64,000 nt of DNA from Squalus acanthias (GCA_030390025.1 CM059432.1:149112001-149176000); one strand, 5' to 3'. Counted from the first letter of the stretch, positions 49,778 to 61,775 are shown. Notes: generated from the sequence alone by a model not told the origin. Program-made: numbers and translations.

Positions 49778-52433
49778 GTTAGTACTTCACTTTAGATCCA
49801 TCAATAGTGCTGGCTAACCTTCTACTGGCTCATCTTGGATACAAGGCATTTTGCTTTATATACCTGAACATGGCATATATAGTATATTGGTTGTAAATTG
49901 TCTCTGTATTTTGGTTGTTAGCCTGTAGAAAATGAACAGTAACTCTGACAAGAGATGAAGGGTAGAAAAGATGGCAGCAGTTCAGAAAGCTTCTTTGGCA
50001 GCACAAGTGAGTCTGTGCCTCTGGGCAAAAAAGAAAAATACGACCTCCACTGACTCGATTGAAGTTGCCCAGTGTAACTACTAGCAAATAGCCAGGAATG
50101 AGATCATATGAAATTATATTTGTGGATATGTTTATATTTACAGCTCAAAAAAATTGCAACAGTGCCAAATGCTAACCAGGTTACAAAAAGTCATCAAAAT
50201 GTAGTTTAAGTTTACAGAAATGGGGAGAGAGAGAAAGAAATGAGAGGCAAACAGATACAGGACAACAAGAGAACGTATGTTGGTGTATGCGACAGAGAGT
50301 GGAAGACAAATGAAACAGAGTTAGAGTGGGACATAGTTATAACAGACACCAGTTTTACTTATTTTTGTCCATGAACCCTGCAGTAGGTCATTAACTTGTA
50401 ATTTTAGTATGAATTACTGTAAAATGAGGTACAGTGTAAAGCAGTGTTGTTTCCTGAGACATCTTGTGATTTCAAGCTGCCCACAAAATAATATTCTGTC
50501 TACGTGTGTAGCTTGAGGTTAGTAAAGGTGCCCAAGACTGAAGCATTGTGGCTTCTTCACATGAAACAACTGAGTTTCTATTTTACCTGCTGAGGATTGA
50601 TTTTAAACCAGTTTTGTGTATACCAAAGATTTAGTTTGTTTTTCTATCCAAAATTGCTTGCTCTGTAGACTGGTATCAGAAGTAGACCGAATGAATAAAA
50701 TGTCTTGCGTCCAGAGTAAGATTGTACAGGTCTACTTGTACTCTATAATTATACTTCATTACCACCAAAAGAGACTGCGAGTGAGCATTTGAAATGTTCA
50801 GCAAAATTTTTTTAACATACAACATAACTATTTGTCAATTGTGTTTCACACTATTTTCTTCTCTTTGAGATCCTTGGTCAATTTGTCGAAGCTGGTTTAG
50901 TTGATTGAACAGGTGCCTGGTACTGTAATTTATGCTGCACTGAAACGAGTGCTACTTAGCACCAAATGATTCTAGCTTATTCTCCACATGAGAGAATTGC
51001 TTTTGTGCCCAGCTGTGCAGTGCATGACTGAGGTCAGGAAGTTGTTGTGGGGAATCACAGGCATAAGCACATGTTGCACAAGACCGCTACCTTCCAGAGA
51101 GATGGGGGTGTCAGTGTCTCTAACCCTGCCAATGCTTCTGGAGTCCCTCACAAGCTTGACCAGCAAGAGTTTTGTTGGTTACCTTGTATGTTACAATTGA
51201 AAACTTTGTTCCGTTTTCCTGTAGCATCCCTGTTTCAGCTTCCAGCGAGTCAGCAAAGTATAGTTAATGCAGTCATTTTGCTCAGCTTGCTTTGACTGGA
51301 AACGAGGAAATAACATTCTTTTTAATTGTCTGAATTATTTCCCACTGAAAAATGTTAATTTTCCATCTAATGGTCATTCACAACTGGCTATAATCTTTTC
51401 ATGAGAACTGTTTCATTTTGCACGATATCTGTATTTATTCAGGAAAGGTGATTGGCACCCAAGAGGTAGAGAGACTGTCTTCCTTGGGGCCTTTGACTGG
51501 GATTTCAGATAAATGTTTCCACTATTTTCAGTGACAAATGGAAAATCATGGGGTTTGCATGCCTCACTTTCTGAGGGGCCCTTCCTGGAAAGTTTCCATG
51601 CCAGGAGCATAATTTTGTAAAATTGCACTTTTACTTACTTCTCCTTTTATGTAGCTCCTTACTGCAGTTCAACACTGTACACTTCTGATCACACTTAATA
51701 CAAGTTTCTCTCCAGTGAGTAGCAGCATGAATAAGAGTTTTGCGACTAGAATTTAATGCAAGTTAAGTATCTAATTACTGCTGTATTTTTTTTAAAGCCT
51801 GCATTTGCATACTTAACAACTTCACACAATTTAAAATTGCCCTCCTATTATTTGGTTGCCACTTCCCTCAATTTTCTAAATTGGTTTCATGAGTAGAGCA
51901 GATGATTGTGGTTTGCCACTTTAGACACACTTTTTTTTATATTGAATTTTTTTTTTGAATTGCTGTCTCTGGAAGTTAGCAAATCATCCCATGACTTGCC
52001 AGTATTCAATTGGAAGGCAACCAAAATGTAATGGTGGTTTGGTTAGGTCAGTTTTTCTGTACTCTACTATCGCTTTCACTGCACTTCATGTGCCAAATAT
52101 ATAAAACCTTGGTTGTGTGTGTAAGTCCATAGAAAGATCTAGATGTATTTTAAAGCAGAATTTTGGAACGGTATGATATTTCTAAAATACATTTGGATTC
52201 TAATCTTGCTTGTTCTTTTCAAAGTACTCCTCCCTTGATGCGGGTCTGTCTCACAGAAGCAGCTTAAGGCGAAAAGACCTTGTGGTTTGTAAAGCAGCAA
52301 TCTGTGTTGGGTGTTGAGCATGTGTATAATCAACTGCATGTATTTAATGGTCCGCAAGGAAAAGATCTCTGCAAATTGGTGTGTGCAGTGTCAACACAGA
52401 TGGAGATGTGCTAAATACACTTTACTAATCAGT

Positions 52434-52893
52434 AAATAAGAATGCAAGAATTAGGAGCAGGAGTAGGGCATTTGGCCCCTTGAGCCTGCTCCGTGATCAT
52501 GGCTGATCTTCGACCTCAACTCCACTTTCCCGCCCTATCCCCATATCCTTTGATTCCCCTAGAGTCCAAAAATCTATCTATCTCAGCCTTGAATATACTC
52601 AAAGACTCAGCATCCACAGCCCTTTGGGGCAGAGAATTCCAAAGATTCAAACCCTCTGAGTGAAGAAATTCATCTCATCTCAGTCTTAAAAGGCCGGCCC
52701 CTATTCCTGAGACTATGACCCCTAGTTCTAGACTCTCCAGCCAGGGGAAATAACCTCTTGGCATCTGTCCTGTCAATTCCCTCAGAATCTTATGTTTCAA
52801 TGAGATCACCTCTCATTCTTTCTAAACTCCAGAGAGTATAGGCCCATTCTACTCAATCTCTCCTCACAGAACAACCCTCTCATCCCAGGAACC
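52434..52893 (-). mobile_element. CR1 3' fragment
   Basis: Reverse complement of the CR1 C-terminus and 3' UTR (ggagcaggagtaggg..ctagttctagactctccagccagggg). Confidence 0.9.
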
Positions 52894-53827
52894 AAATGTC
52901 CTTAAAGAGTGACGTTTATTGAGCTTTTCAAAATCACTGCACGAATATTTTGTGATGCTCATCGCAGTAGCTTGTGATAATGTGTGCTACTATTTAGTCA
53001 CCTTTTAGTTTGCATATGTAACTTGGTTGAATTTTATTTACTCAAACATGTTAAATTTACACTGTAGCTCTTTTTTCCTGTCTCTTCCTCCTGCCTCCAA
53101 AACAAGTAAATAATTATGTAATTAGATTCAGATAACATTAAAGATCAAACTACATTTTTGGAGTTCTATTTAAAAAAAAAAAATAATCCTGGACAAATAA
53201 TCAGTGTGCATTTAGAAAAATAAACTCCCCATCCTAGATTTTCTGAGAAATGTATTTCTATTTATTGTAACTGCATTTGTGTTAAAATAAGGCCAGTCAG
53301 GAAATCCAAGCCGGACTATCATTTTTTTTCTTAAAAGCAATTTAAGAAAACAACATTTGCCTTGCCAGTGGTAGGGGTTCATCACAGACACCATCTGCAC
53401 CATGTCTCAAAGATTGGGCATTTTTAAACTGGAACAGCAGGGTATGTTGGACGCCCAGGTGAGCCAAAGTTAGCATATTTTAGAGCCTTAACCTCAAACA
53501 TTTCACTAGTGTCCTAACTAGGGGCCCAGCTACTGTACTAATGTTTGGTCACATTTTCAAAAGTGAGACACTTTGGGGAGGAAAAAAAATTGGATATGAG
53601 GGTTATGTTTTGATTGTTAGTTCAGGATAAGGTTGCCTTCGGGACTTTTCTTGAAGCATTTATTTAACTGAAAGAGTTGTCTCATCATTGATACTTCTTA
53701 ATTCTTTTCGATGGTTTAGTTTTTATGATTCACTTGAGAACTTTTTAAGCTGTGAGTCTTAGTATCACCATATATGGGTTGCAAAGAATTACGGAGTATT
53801 ATGGTGTATGAAAGTTGAATCACTTAT

Positions 53828-54125
53828 CACAGAATCACAGAATCCCCACAGTGCAGATAGAGGCCATTTCGGCCCATCGAGCCTGCACCGACACATATCC
53901 CACCCTATCCCCGTAACCCCCACGTATTTAATCCCCCTAACACTAAGGGTCAATTTATCATAGCCAAATCAACCTAACTCGCACATCTTTGGACTGTGGG
54001 AGGAAACCGGAGCACCCGGAGGAAACCCACGCAGACACGGGGAGAATGTGCAAACTCCACACAGACAGTCACCCGAGGCCGGATTCGAACCCGGGTCCCT
54101 GACGCTGTGAGGCAACAGTGCTAAC
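53828..54125 (-). mobile_element. HE1-type V-SINE, truncated within the A box
   Basis: Near-identical to 3035-3235; B box ggttcgaatccgg; (attctgtg)n tail; flanking cacttat repeat at 53821-53827 and 54126-54132. Confidence 0.9.
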
Positions 54126-54280
54126 CACTTATATTGATAGACAGTCATTACACCAGGGTGCTTTAATGATGTGAGCATTTCAACTGTGTATGTCAGTTCA
54201 TCATCTGTTCAACTACTGGCAGTCGGTTTCCTTGACCATAGAATCCCACAGATATTCCAGAACAGTAAGAGGCTATTTGA

Positions 54281-54479
54281 CCCATTTGACCTGTGCCAAT
54301 GCGAGCTGTTTAACTAGAGTGGTCTAAGCCCATTTGACCTGTGCCAATGCGAGCTGTTTAACTAGAGTGGTCTAAGCCCATTTGACCTGTGCCAATGCGA
54401 GCTGTTTAACTAGAGTGGTCTAAGCCCATTTGACCTGTGCCAATGCGAGCTGTTTAACTAGAGTGGTCTAAGCCCATTT
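54281..54479 (+). repeat. 48-bp tandem repeat, 4 copies plus a partial copy, inside a decayed minus-strand CR1 3' end
   Basis: cccatttgacctgtgccaatgcgagctgtttaactagagtggtctaag starts at 54281, 54329, 54377 and 54425. Confidence 0.95.
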
Positions 54480-55046
54480 CCTTGCCCTTTCCCAATACCC
54501 TTTTTATATTCTTCCTTTTCAAATAATTCTCTAGTTCTCTTTCAAATCATGTTGTAGTCCCTGCATCAATGGTATATTCTAATAACCAACTGTGAAACCA
54601 TTTCTTCTGATTTCCCCTTTCATTTTGCTGCTGATGATCCTGCCCTTGATTATCGATTTGCCAATCGGTGGAAATTTCACCATTTCAAAATCTTTCACAA
54701 TTTTGAAAATTACTGTTAGATCCCTTTACCTTCTCTGTTCAGCTATACAAAAAAACAAATTTTGATAGCATTCTTAATAACTTTTCCCAAAATGTAGTGC
54801 TTCACATTTCTCTGCATTGAACTGCATTTGCCCATTCTGGTAATCTGTCTATGTTCTCATGCAATCTCCACCTTACAACTTGCCATGACTCCTCCTTTCT
54901 AAATGACAATTTCATAAATTAAAAAAAAATGATAATGTGAACAACGTTGCAGGTTTTATGGAACATTTTGTGCATCCAGTGTTGATGCGGCATGTTCTAT
55001 TCTAAGGTTATATTCAAATCCCAGCCTCAAGACTGCCTCAAGTTGG

Positions 55047-55488
55047 ACATAACATAAGAAGTAGAAGCAGGAGTAGGCCATTCAGCCCTTCGAGCCTGCT
55101 CCGCCATTCAATAAGATCATGGCTGATTTTCTATCTCAACTGCACCTTCCTGCCCGATCCCCATATCCCTTGATTCCCTTAGTTCCCAAAAATCTATCGA
55201 TCCCTCTTGAATATACTCAGTGAGCATCAACAGCCCTCTGAGAATTCCAAAGATTCACAACCCTTTGAGTGAAGAAATTTCTCCTCATCTCGGTCTTAAA
55301 TAGTTGACAGCTTACTCTGAGACTGTGACCCCTAGTTCTAGACTCCCCAACCAGGGGAAACATCCTTTCAGCATCTGCCCTGTCAAGCCCCTTAAGAATT
55401 TTATACGTTTCAATTAGATCACCTCTCCTTCTAAACTCTAGGGAATATAGGCCTAGTCTACTAAATCTCTCTTCAGAGGACAATTCCC
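55047..55488 (-). mobile_element. CR1 3' fragment
   Basis: EERFSRLGLYSLEFRRRGDLIETYKIL..FFTQRVVNLWNS. Confidence 0.92.
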
Positions 55489-57192
55489 CGCAGAGTTACT
55501 TAACAAGGTTACAGAAATTTTATGAAGTATGTATCACTAGTTCAACATAAATTAATAGTCAGCGATTCAGTAATCATTGACATCGGTGTCTGAGACGACT
55601 GCAAATTGGTGAGCTTAATCTAGGAGTAAACTCCTTAGATAGCTGACAGGTTTACAGCATTATATAGCCAGTCTGTTGAATAGATTAGAGTCTGTTTGCT
55701 AATGGTTAGCCATGTTTCCAGATCTTTTACGACTTTTTCCTTATGAAAGGTAGTTTGAGTTGATCATCTTCCTCCTCCTGAACAGCGGTATTAGCTTCTG
55801 GAACATCGAGTTGATGTGTCCCTTTGGTGGCGGGATTACCTGCTCCACTCAGGTCCTCTGTTCCGGCTGAATCCACTTCAACATGAGTGACTGGTTCTGA
55901 GCTAGCTGGTTTAACTCTCACCTTCCTTGATCTCAGACAATTTATACAATTAAGTGACGTATGTATCTCTGCCTGTAACTGGCTAGTATAGATGTACAAT
56001 ATGTCTTTTAAAACCTCTTGCTCTCTGTGCTGGATGTACTTTATACTTCTAAAGGTATCCTTCCGCATCTGCCAGGTAAACATTATTACAGAAGAAAAGG
56101 CAGAGATTTTCTTCTAACTAACAGAGAAACTACATCTAACAAAGACGGAGAGAATCTGTGAAGAGGTGTACCAAGCACCTTCTTGTATACCCTAAGCCAT
56201 AGAAAAACCTCTTTCTGTTCAATTGACCAATCTGAGTGACCTGTCCAAAGGGTTTAACTCTTTTGGTGTCAATCGCTTCCAACAGTAATGTGAAGGTTCC
56301 GGATGATATCCAGGTTAATGGGCACAGATATCGAGATATGCCAAGTCTCATTTCACTCCCCTAAATTCTCAATCTTCCTTTTAACAAAAGGTCCTACACA
56401 GGACCAGATGGGTATGGCATATGTCTCACTAACGAGCTGTCACTGAGCTCTGTCCTCAATGTTGGCCTTTTATCAGCGGTAAGGAATATTCTGTTCCAAT
56501 ATGCTGCTTATTAGTTTTGATTTCCCAGCATTCAGTTTAACTACTGACTCTATATTGTGTGCCACTTTTACGGAAACTCCATTTTGAGAACACAATTCAA
56601 GCAGTTCATCGGGCATTTTCACTACACAAACTCTTTCTTCATTGATTGTTGGCTTATCGGATTTATAGTTACCATCATCTTTTTGCACAAGGTTTAGAAC
56701 TGTTTTTGAATCGAAATGTGACTGGTGTAAGTTGGACATTGACCATATTTGAATGTACAGATGGCTTTATTCAATGTTCCATTTTTTTTAAAGAAGTGCC
56801 GCACTTTTAAAAAAAAAAGCACTGTTTAATTTTCTTTAAATCGAGTTAGAAGAGCAGTGAAAGTAAGATATTTGTTCCAAGCACCATGGTAAAAACAAAA
56901 ACACTCATCTTTCTAATTTGAGCATCTGTACAGAAGGTTATTCCCCTACGAGTGTACGACCTGATCATTGAGTTCCGAGGGCAGCCATAGTGGAATCTGT
57001 CCTTCATGGTCAAAGAATGATGACGTTTAGGCAATGGTTTTTATATTTTGCAAAGGGGAGGAGAGAGGAAAGAGTAAATGCTGATGTTCATCTTTTTGAT
57101 TTTTTTGGTTGATAGTCCATGCATTAATCTGTCTATATTCTGTTGTTTGTTGTTCATTCTTGCATCTCCTTTCCCTGTCTGTGGATTTATAG

Positions 57193-57246
57193 TTGTCATC
57201 TCATACAAAGGACAAGTCAGCTCAACTTGAGAAGACCTCCCGATCT
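57193..57246 (+). CDS. LRRFIP2: Probable LRRFIP2 cassette exon LSSHTKDKSAQLEKTSRS
   Basis: Pyrimidine-rich tract ending ttatag, gtatgt donor, 54 nt phase 0; KDKSAQL weakly resembles human KDRSSRL and the position fits the exon order. Confidence 0.62.
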
Positions 57247-58199
57247 GTATGTAAACTAATTGTTGTCAGTTTGTTTTAAAGTCTCGCCTGTACAAAGTGA
57301 TGTACATTGTGTGTGGAGGGGAGGGAGAAACTTTCAAATTAGAGTGTGTGTGTGTGTGTCAGTTCAGACTATCTTTCAACAATTTTAATTTACGTCCACG
57401 GCAGAGAGGCCGTAAGCTGACCAAATCTCCTATCAGTGGAAGTCTGCACCATTATGTGTGCCATGAGTGGAATACTATGCCACCAGATGAAGAATTACAG
57501 ACATAAACTACATGGGATGCTCATCATGTTCTCTTGTCTACTCCCAAAAAGTTATAAATACCACACTGTCCTGCTGTTGCATTCAAGCTAGAACTAGTAA
57601 ATATATTTACAAGATAATTACAGTCAGTAGGCCACAGCAAGATGAAGGTATAAAATATTGTTAAAAATGTATAAAATCAGTCCACAAAAGGTTAAAGTGC
57701 CCTTTTTTAGAATGTATTTCTTGTACCGTTTGTGATGAGGCATTTGTAAACCTTCAATGACTTAATGCTGTATGTGAGTAATACAATTTTAATCTCCGTC
57801 CATGGAGTTTCAGATCCAGAGACTGAACTAAAGATATTTGAGACAAGTCTGCAGTATATATTCCAGACCAAAAGGCTTTTGAGTAAAGAGCTATCAATCA
57901 ATCAAGTTCAAAGGGACAGCAGTGACATGAATCTTGTCATTCATGTGGAAATGACTTATGAAATAATACTGGGTGGCCTGCTGGTGGCGCTGTCTAGGGA
58001 GAGTATAAATACTCGGGCATGGGCCCAGCTTGCTCAGGACATTCTTTAACAGGAACTACTAAAGGACACAACTAGACCTCCATGTTGAAAAACAGTTGAT
58101 TAAAGTGTTGTTTAACGCTTAGACCAAGTGCCTAGTAGTTTTCTTACGTCAAGTAGTATGAGTTATTTGTTTACCATGCTAACAAACACATCCGCTGTT

Positions 58200-58330
58200 A
58201 CAAAAGCAAAATACTGCAGATGCTGGCAATCTGAAATAAAAACAGAAAATGCTGGAGACACTCAGCAGGTCAGGCAGCATCTGTGGAGAGAGTAACAGAG
58301 TTAACGTTTCAGGTCGATGACCCTTCGTCA
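58200..58330 (-). mobile_element. Solo Penelope terminal repeat, truncated in the hammerhead core
   Basis: acaaaagcaaaatactgcagatgctg...gttaacgtttcaggtcgatgacccttcgtca; no clear TSD seen. Confidence 0.82.
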
Positions 58331-58419
58331 TAGTCAGTTATTATCTTGGACTTATTGATTCTTCAAGCAGGACATATTTTGAACTTCTCCTGGAACAAAG
58401 CCACCCTAGTTCGTTCAAC

Positions 58420-58876
58420 TGTTCAATAGTGTATTGACTGCTAAACAAATGTTCTTGCCCATAAAAAAATAATTTTAATTTTGTGGAATGTCAAAATTTA
58501 TCTTTTTTTTAAAAAATTAAAATTTTTAAGCAACTTTATTTTTTTTCAAGTTTGTTCATCTTTATTTCAGGTTTACCTTTTCCCCATGTGAGAGCCCCAA
58601 TCTTTGTTTTGCTCTCTCTCATTTTAAAAAAGTTAGAATCAAAGGAGCTTACTCACTTGCTGGTTCTCGGTCTGTGAGAATTCTGCATTGTGATTGGCTG
58701 CTTAGACAGCTTCTTGATGTCACAGCAGCTCGCGCTATGGAATTCCCACTAAACTACGCTGATTTCAACTGCACGTCGGAAAAGCCGAACTTCTAGTCAC
58801 AGAGATCTTTGTGGGAAGCTTAATTCGGGACCAGCGGCGAATGCCTTTGCTTAGCCACTGACCGCAAATTACGGGC
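58420..58876. mobile_element. Partial copy of the ggcccgg-TIR DNA transposon family
   Basis: Collinear with 48820-49273; ends gccactgaccgcaaattacgggc. Confidence 0.75.
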
Positions 58877-59031
58877 TGATGTGTTCGGATGGCAATCTTG
58901 ATACAAAAATGAAATTCAGTCATTTCTGCAATTGCCTAGATGTAGCTACTTTCCGAATTTTTCTTTTGTCCCAGAATTTGATTTTTAAGATGAGGAAAGT
59001 TTGTAACATATGGGTTTTGCACTAATATGGA

Positions 59032-61739
59032 GGGAAATATGGAGATGGCAAAAACACTGAATGAATATTTTGTATCAGTCTTTACAGTAGACTATAATTA
59101 TGGGGGATTTTAACTATCATATTAATTGGACAAATCAAATGGGGCAGGGCTGCCTTGAGGATGAGTTCATTGAGTGTATTAGGGATGGGTTTCTTGAGCA
59201 GTATGTAACTGAACCGACCAGGGGGCAAGCAACCTTAGATCTGGTCCTGTGTAACGAGACAGGATTAATTAAAAATGTCCTAGTAAAGGATCCCCTTGGA
59301 ATGAGTGACCATAACATGGTTGAATTCCATATTCAATTAGAGGGTGAGAAGGTTGGATCTCAAACAAGCGTGCTAAGCTTGAATAAAGGAGACTATGAAG
59401 GTATGCGAGCGGAATTGAGTAGAGTGGATTGGGAAAATAGATTAAAGGGTAAGACGACACATGATCAGTGGTGTACATTCAAGGAGTTATTTTACAACTT
59501 CCAAAAAAAATATATTCCACTGAAAAGAAAAGGGTGTAAAAGAAAGGACAGTCATCCGTGGCTAAGTAAAGAAATTAAGGATAGTATTCGACTAAAAACA
59601 AGGGCATATAAGGTAGCGAAATCTAGTGGGAGGACAGAGGATTGGGAAAACTTTAAAAGGCAGCAAAAAATAACAAAAAGATTGATTAAGAAAGGGAAGA
59701 TAGATTATGAAAGTAAATTAGCAAAAAATATAAAAACAGATAGTAAGAGTTTTTATAGTTATATAAAAAGAAAAAGGGTGGCTAAAGTAAATGTTGGTCC
59801 CTTAGAGGATGAGACCGGGAAATTAATGGTGGGAAATATGGAAATGGCAAAAACACTGAATGAATATTTTGTATCAGTCTTTACAGTAGAGGACACTAAG
59901 AATATCCCAACACTGGACAAACAGGGGGCTATAGGGGGAGAGGAGCTAAACACGATCAAAATCACTAAGGAAGTGGAACTCGGTAAAATAATGGGACTCA
60001 AGGCGGATAAATCACCTGGACCTGATGGCTTACATCCTAGAGTCTTGAAGGAAGTGGCGGTAGGGATTGTAGATGCATTGGTAATAATTTTTCAAAACTC
60101 CCTGGATTCCGCTAAGGTCCCGGCAGACTGGAAAACTGCTAATGTAACACCCTTATTTAAAAAGGGCAGTAGACAGAAGGCTGGTAACTATAGACCGGTT
60201 AGCCTAACATCTGTGGTAGGTAAAATTTTGGAGTCCATTATTAAGGAAACAGTAACAGGACATTTGGATAATCATAATTTAATAGGACAAAGTCAGCATG
60301 GTTTTACGAAGGGGAAGTCATGTTTGACAAATTTGCTGGAGTTCTTTGAGGAAGTAACATATAGAGTGGATAAAGGGGAACCAGTGGACGTAGTGTATTT
60401 AGACTTCCAAAAGGCATTTGACAAGGTGCCACACAAAAGATTATTGCTTAAGGTAAAAAATCACGGGATTGGGGGTAATATTCTGGCATGGATAGAGGAT
60501 TGGCTATCTAACAGAAAGCAAAGAGTTGGGATAAATGGTTCATTCTCAGACTGGCAATCAGTAACTAGTGGTGTTCCACAGGGGTCAGTGCTGGGTCCCC
60601 AACTCTTCACAATCTATATTAACGATTTGGAGGAAGGGACCAAGTGTAACATATCAAAATTTGCAGATGATACTAAGATGGGAGGGAAAGTAGTGAGTGA
60701 GGAGGACATAAAAAACCTGCAAGGGGACATAGACAGGCTAAGTAAGTGGGCAGAGATTTGGCAGATGGAATACAACACTGGAAAGTGTGAGGTGATGCAC
60801 TTTGGCAGGAAAAATCCTAGAGCAATTTATTATCTTAATGGCAAGAAACTGGAGAGTACTGAAGTGCAAAGGGATCTGGGGGTCCTGGTGCACGAAACTC
60901 AAAAGGTTAGTATGCAGGTGCAGCAAGTGATTAAGAAGGCAAATGGAATGTTGGCTTTCATTGCTAGGGGGATAGAATATAAAAATAGGGAGGTATTGCT
61001 TCAGTTGTACAAGGTATTGGTGAGACCGCACCTGGAATACTGCATACAGTTTTGGTGTCCTTACTTAAGGAAAGACATCCTTGCTCTCGAGGCAGTGCAA
61101 AAAAGGTTCACTCGGTTAATCCCGGGGATGAGGGGGTGGTCATATGAGGAGAGGTTGGGTAGATTGGGACTCTACTCATTGGAGTTCAGAAGAATGAGAG
61201 GCGATCTTATTGAAACATATAAGATTGTGAAGGGGTTGGATCGGGTGGATGCGGGGAGGATGTTCCCGATGACGGGTGAGACGAGAACTAGGGGACATAG
61301 TCTTAGAATAAGGGGCTGCTCTTTCAAAACTGAGATGAGGAGGAACTACTTCACTCAGAGGGTGGTAGGTCCATGGAATATGCTGCCACAAAAAGCTGTA
61401 GAAGCTACAACATTAATTAAATTTAAAACAGAAATAGACAGTTTCCTAGAAGTAAAGGGCATTAAGGGTTACGGGGAGCGGGCAGGAATTTGGACATGAG
61501 TCTAGGTTCGGATCGGTCATGGCCCTGTGGGTAGTGGAGCGGGCCCAGGGACTGTGTAGCCTGATTCTGCTCCTATTTTGTGTGTGCAATTCTGTTAGAT
61601 GCAGGAGATGGTTCTGTGATAGATAGTAGATTGGCGGTTAGGATCAGATCAGCCATGATCTTATTGAATGGCGGAGCAGGCTCGAGGGGCCGATTGGCCT
61701 ACTCCTGCTCCTATTTCTTATGTTCTTATGTTCTTATGC
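59032..61739 (+). mobile_element. Young 5'-truncated CR1 LINE with an uninterrupted 799-aa ORF2 segment (endonuclease end plus complete RT)
   Basis: ORF 59100-61499 without stops: MGDFN, SDH, KSPGPDGLHP, YLDFQKAFD, PQGSVLGP, FADDT; 3' UTR and (ttcttatg)3 tail. Confidence 0.97.
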
Positions 61740-61775
61740 TTGTTAATTATGCTTTAATTTGTCTTTCACTGCCAG

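Noticed and set aside
54281..54479. CRISPR-like array
   Set aside because: Units are contiguous and identical with no unique spacers, there are no cas genes, and the context is vertebrate
59100..61499. Intact autonomous retrotransposon or domesticated RT gene
   Set aside because: The ORF begins mid-endonuclease (MGDFN) with no ORF1 or 5' UTR; it is a young 5'-truncated copy
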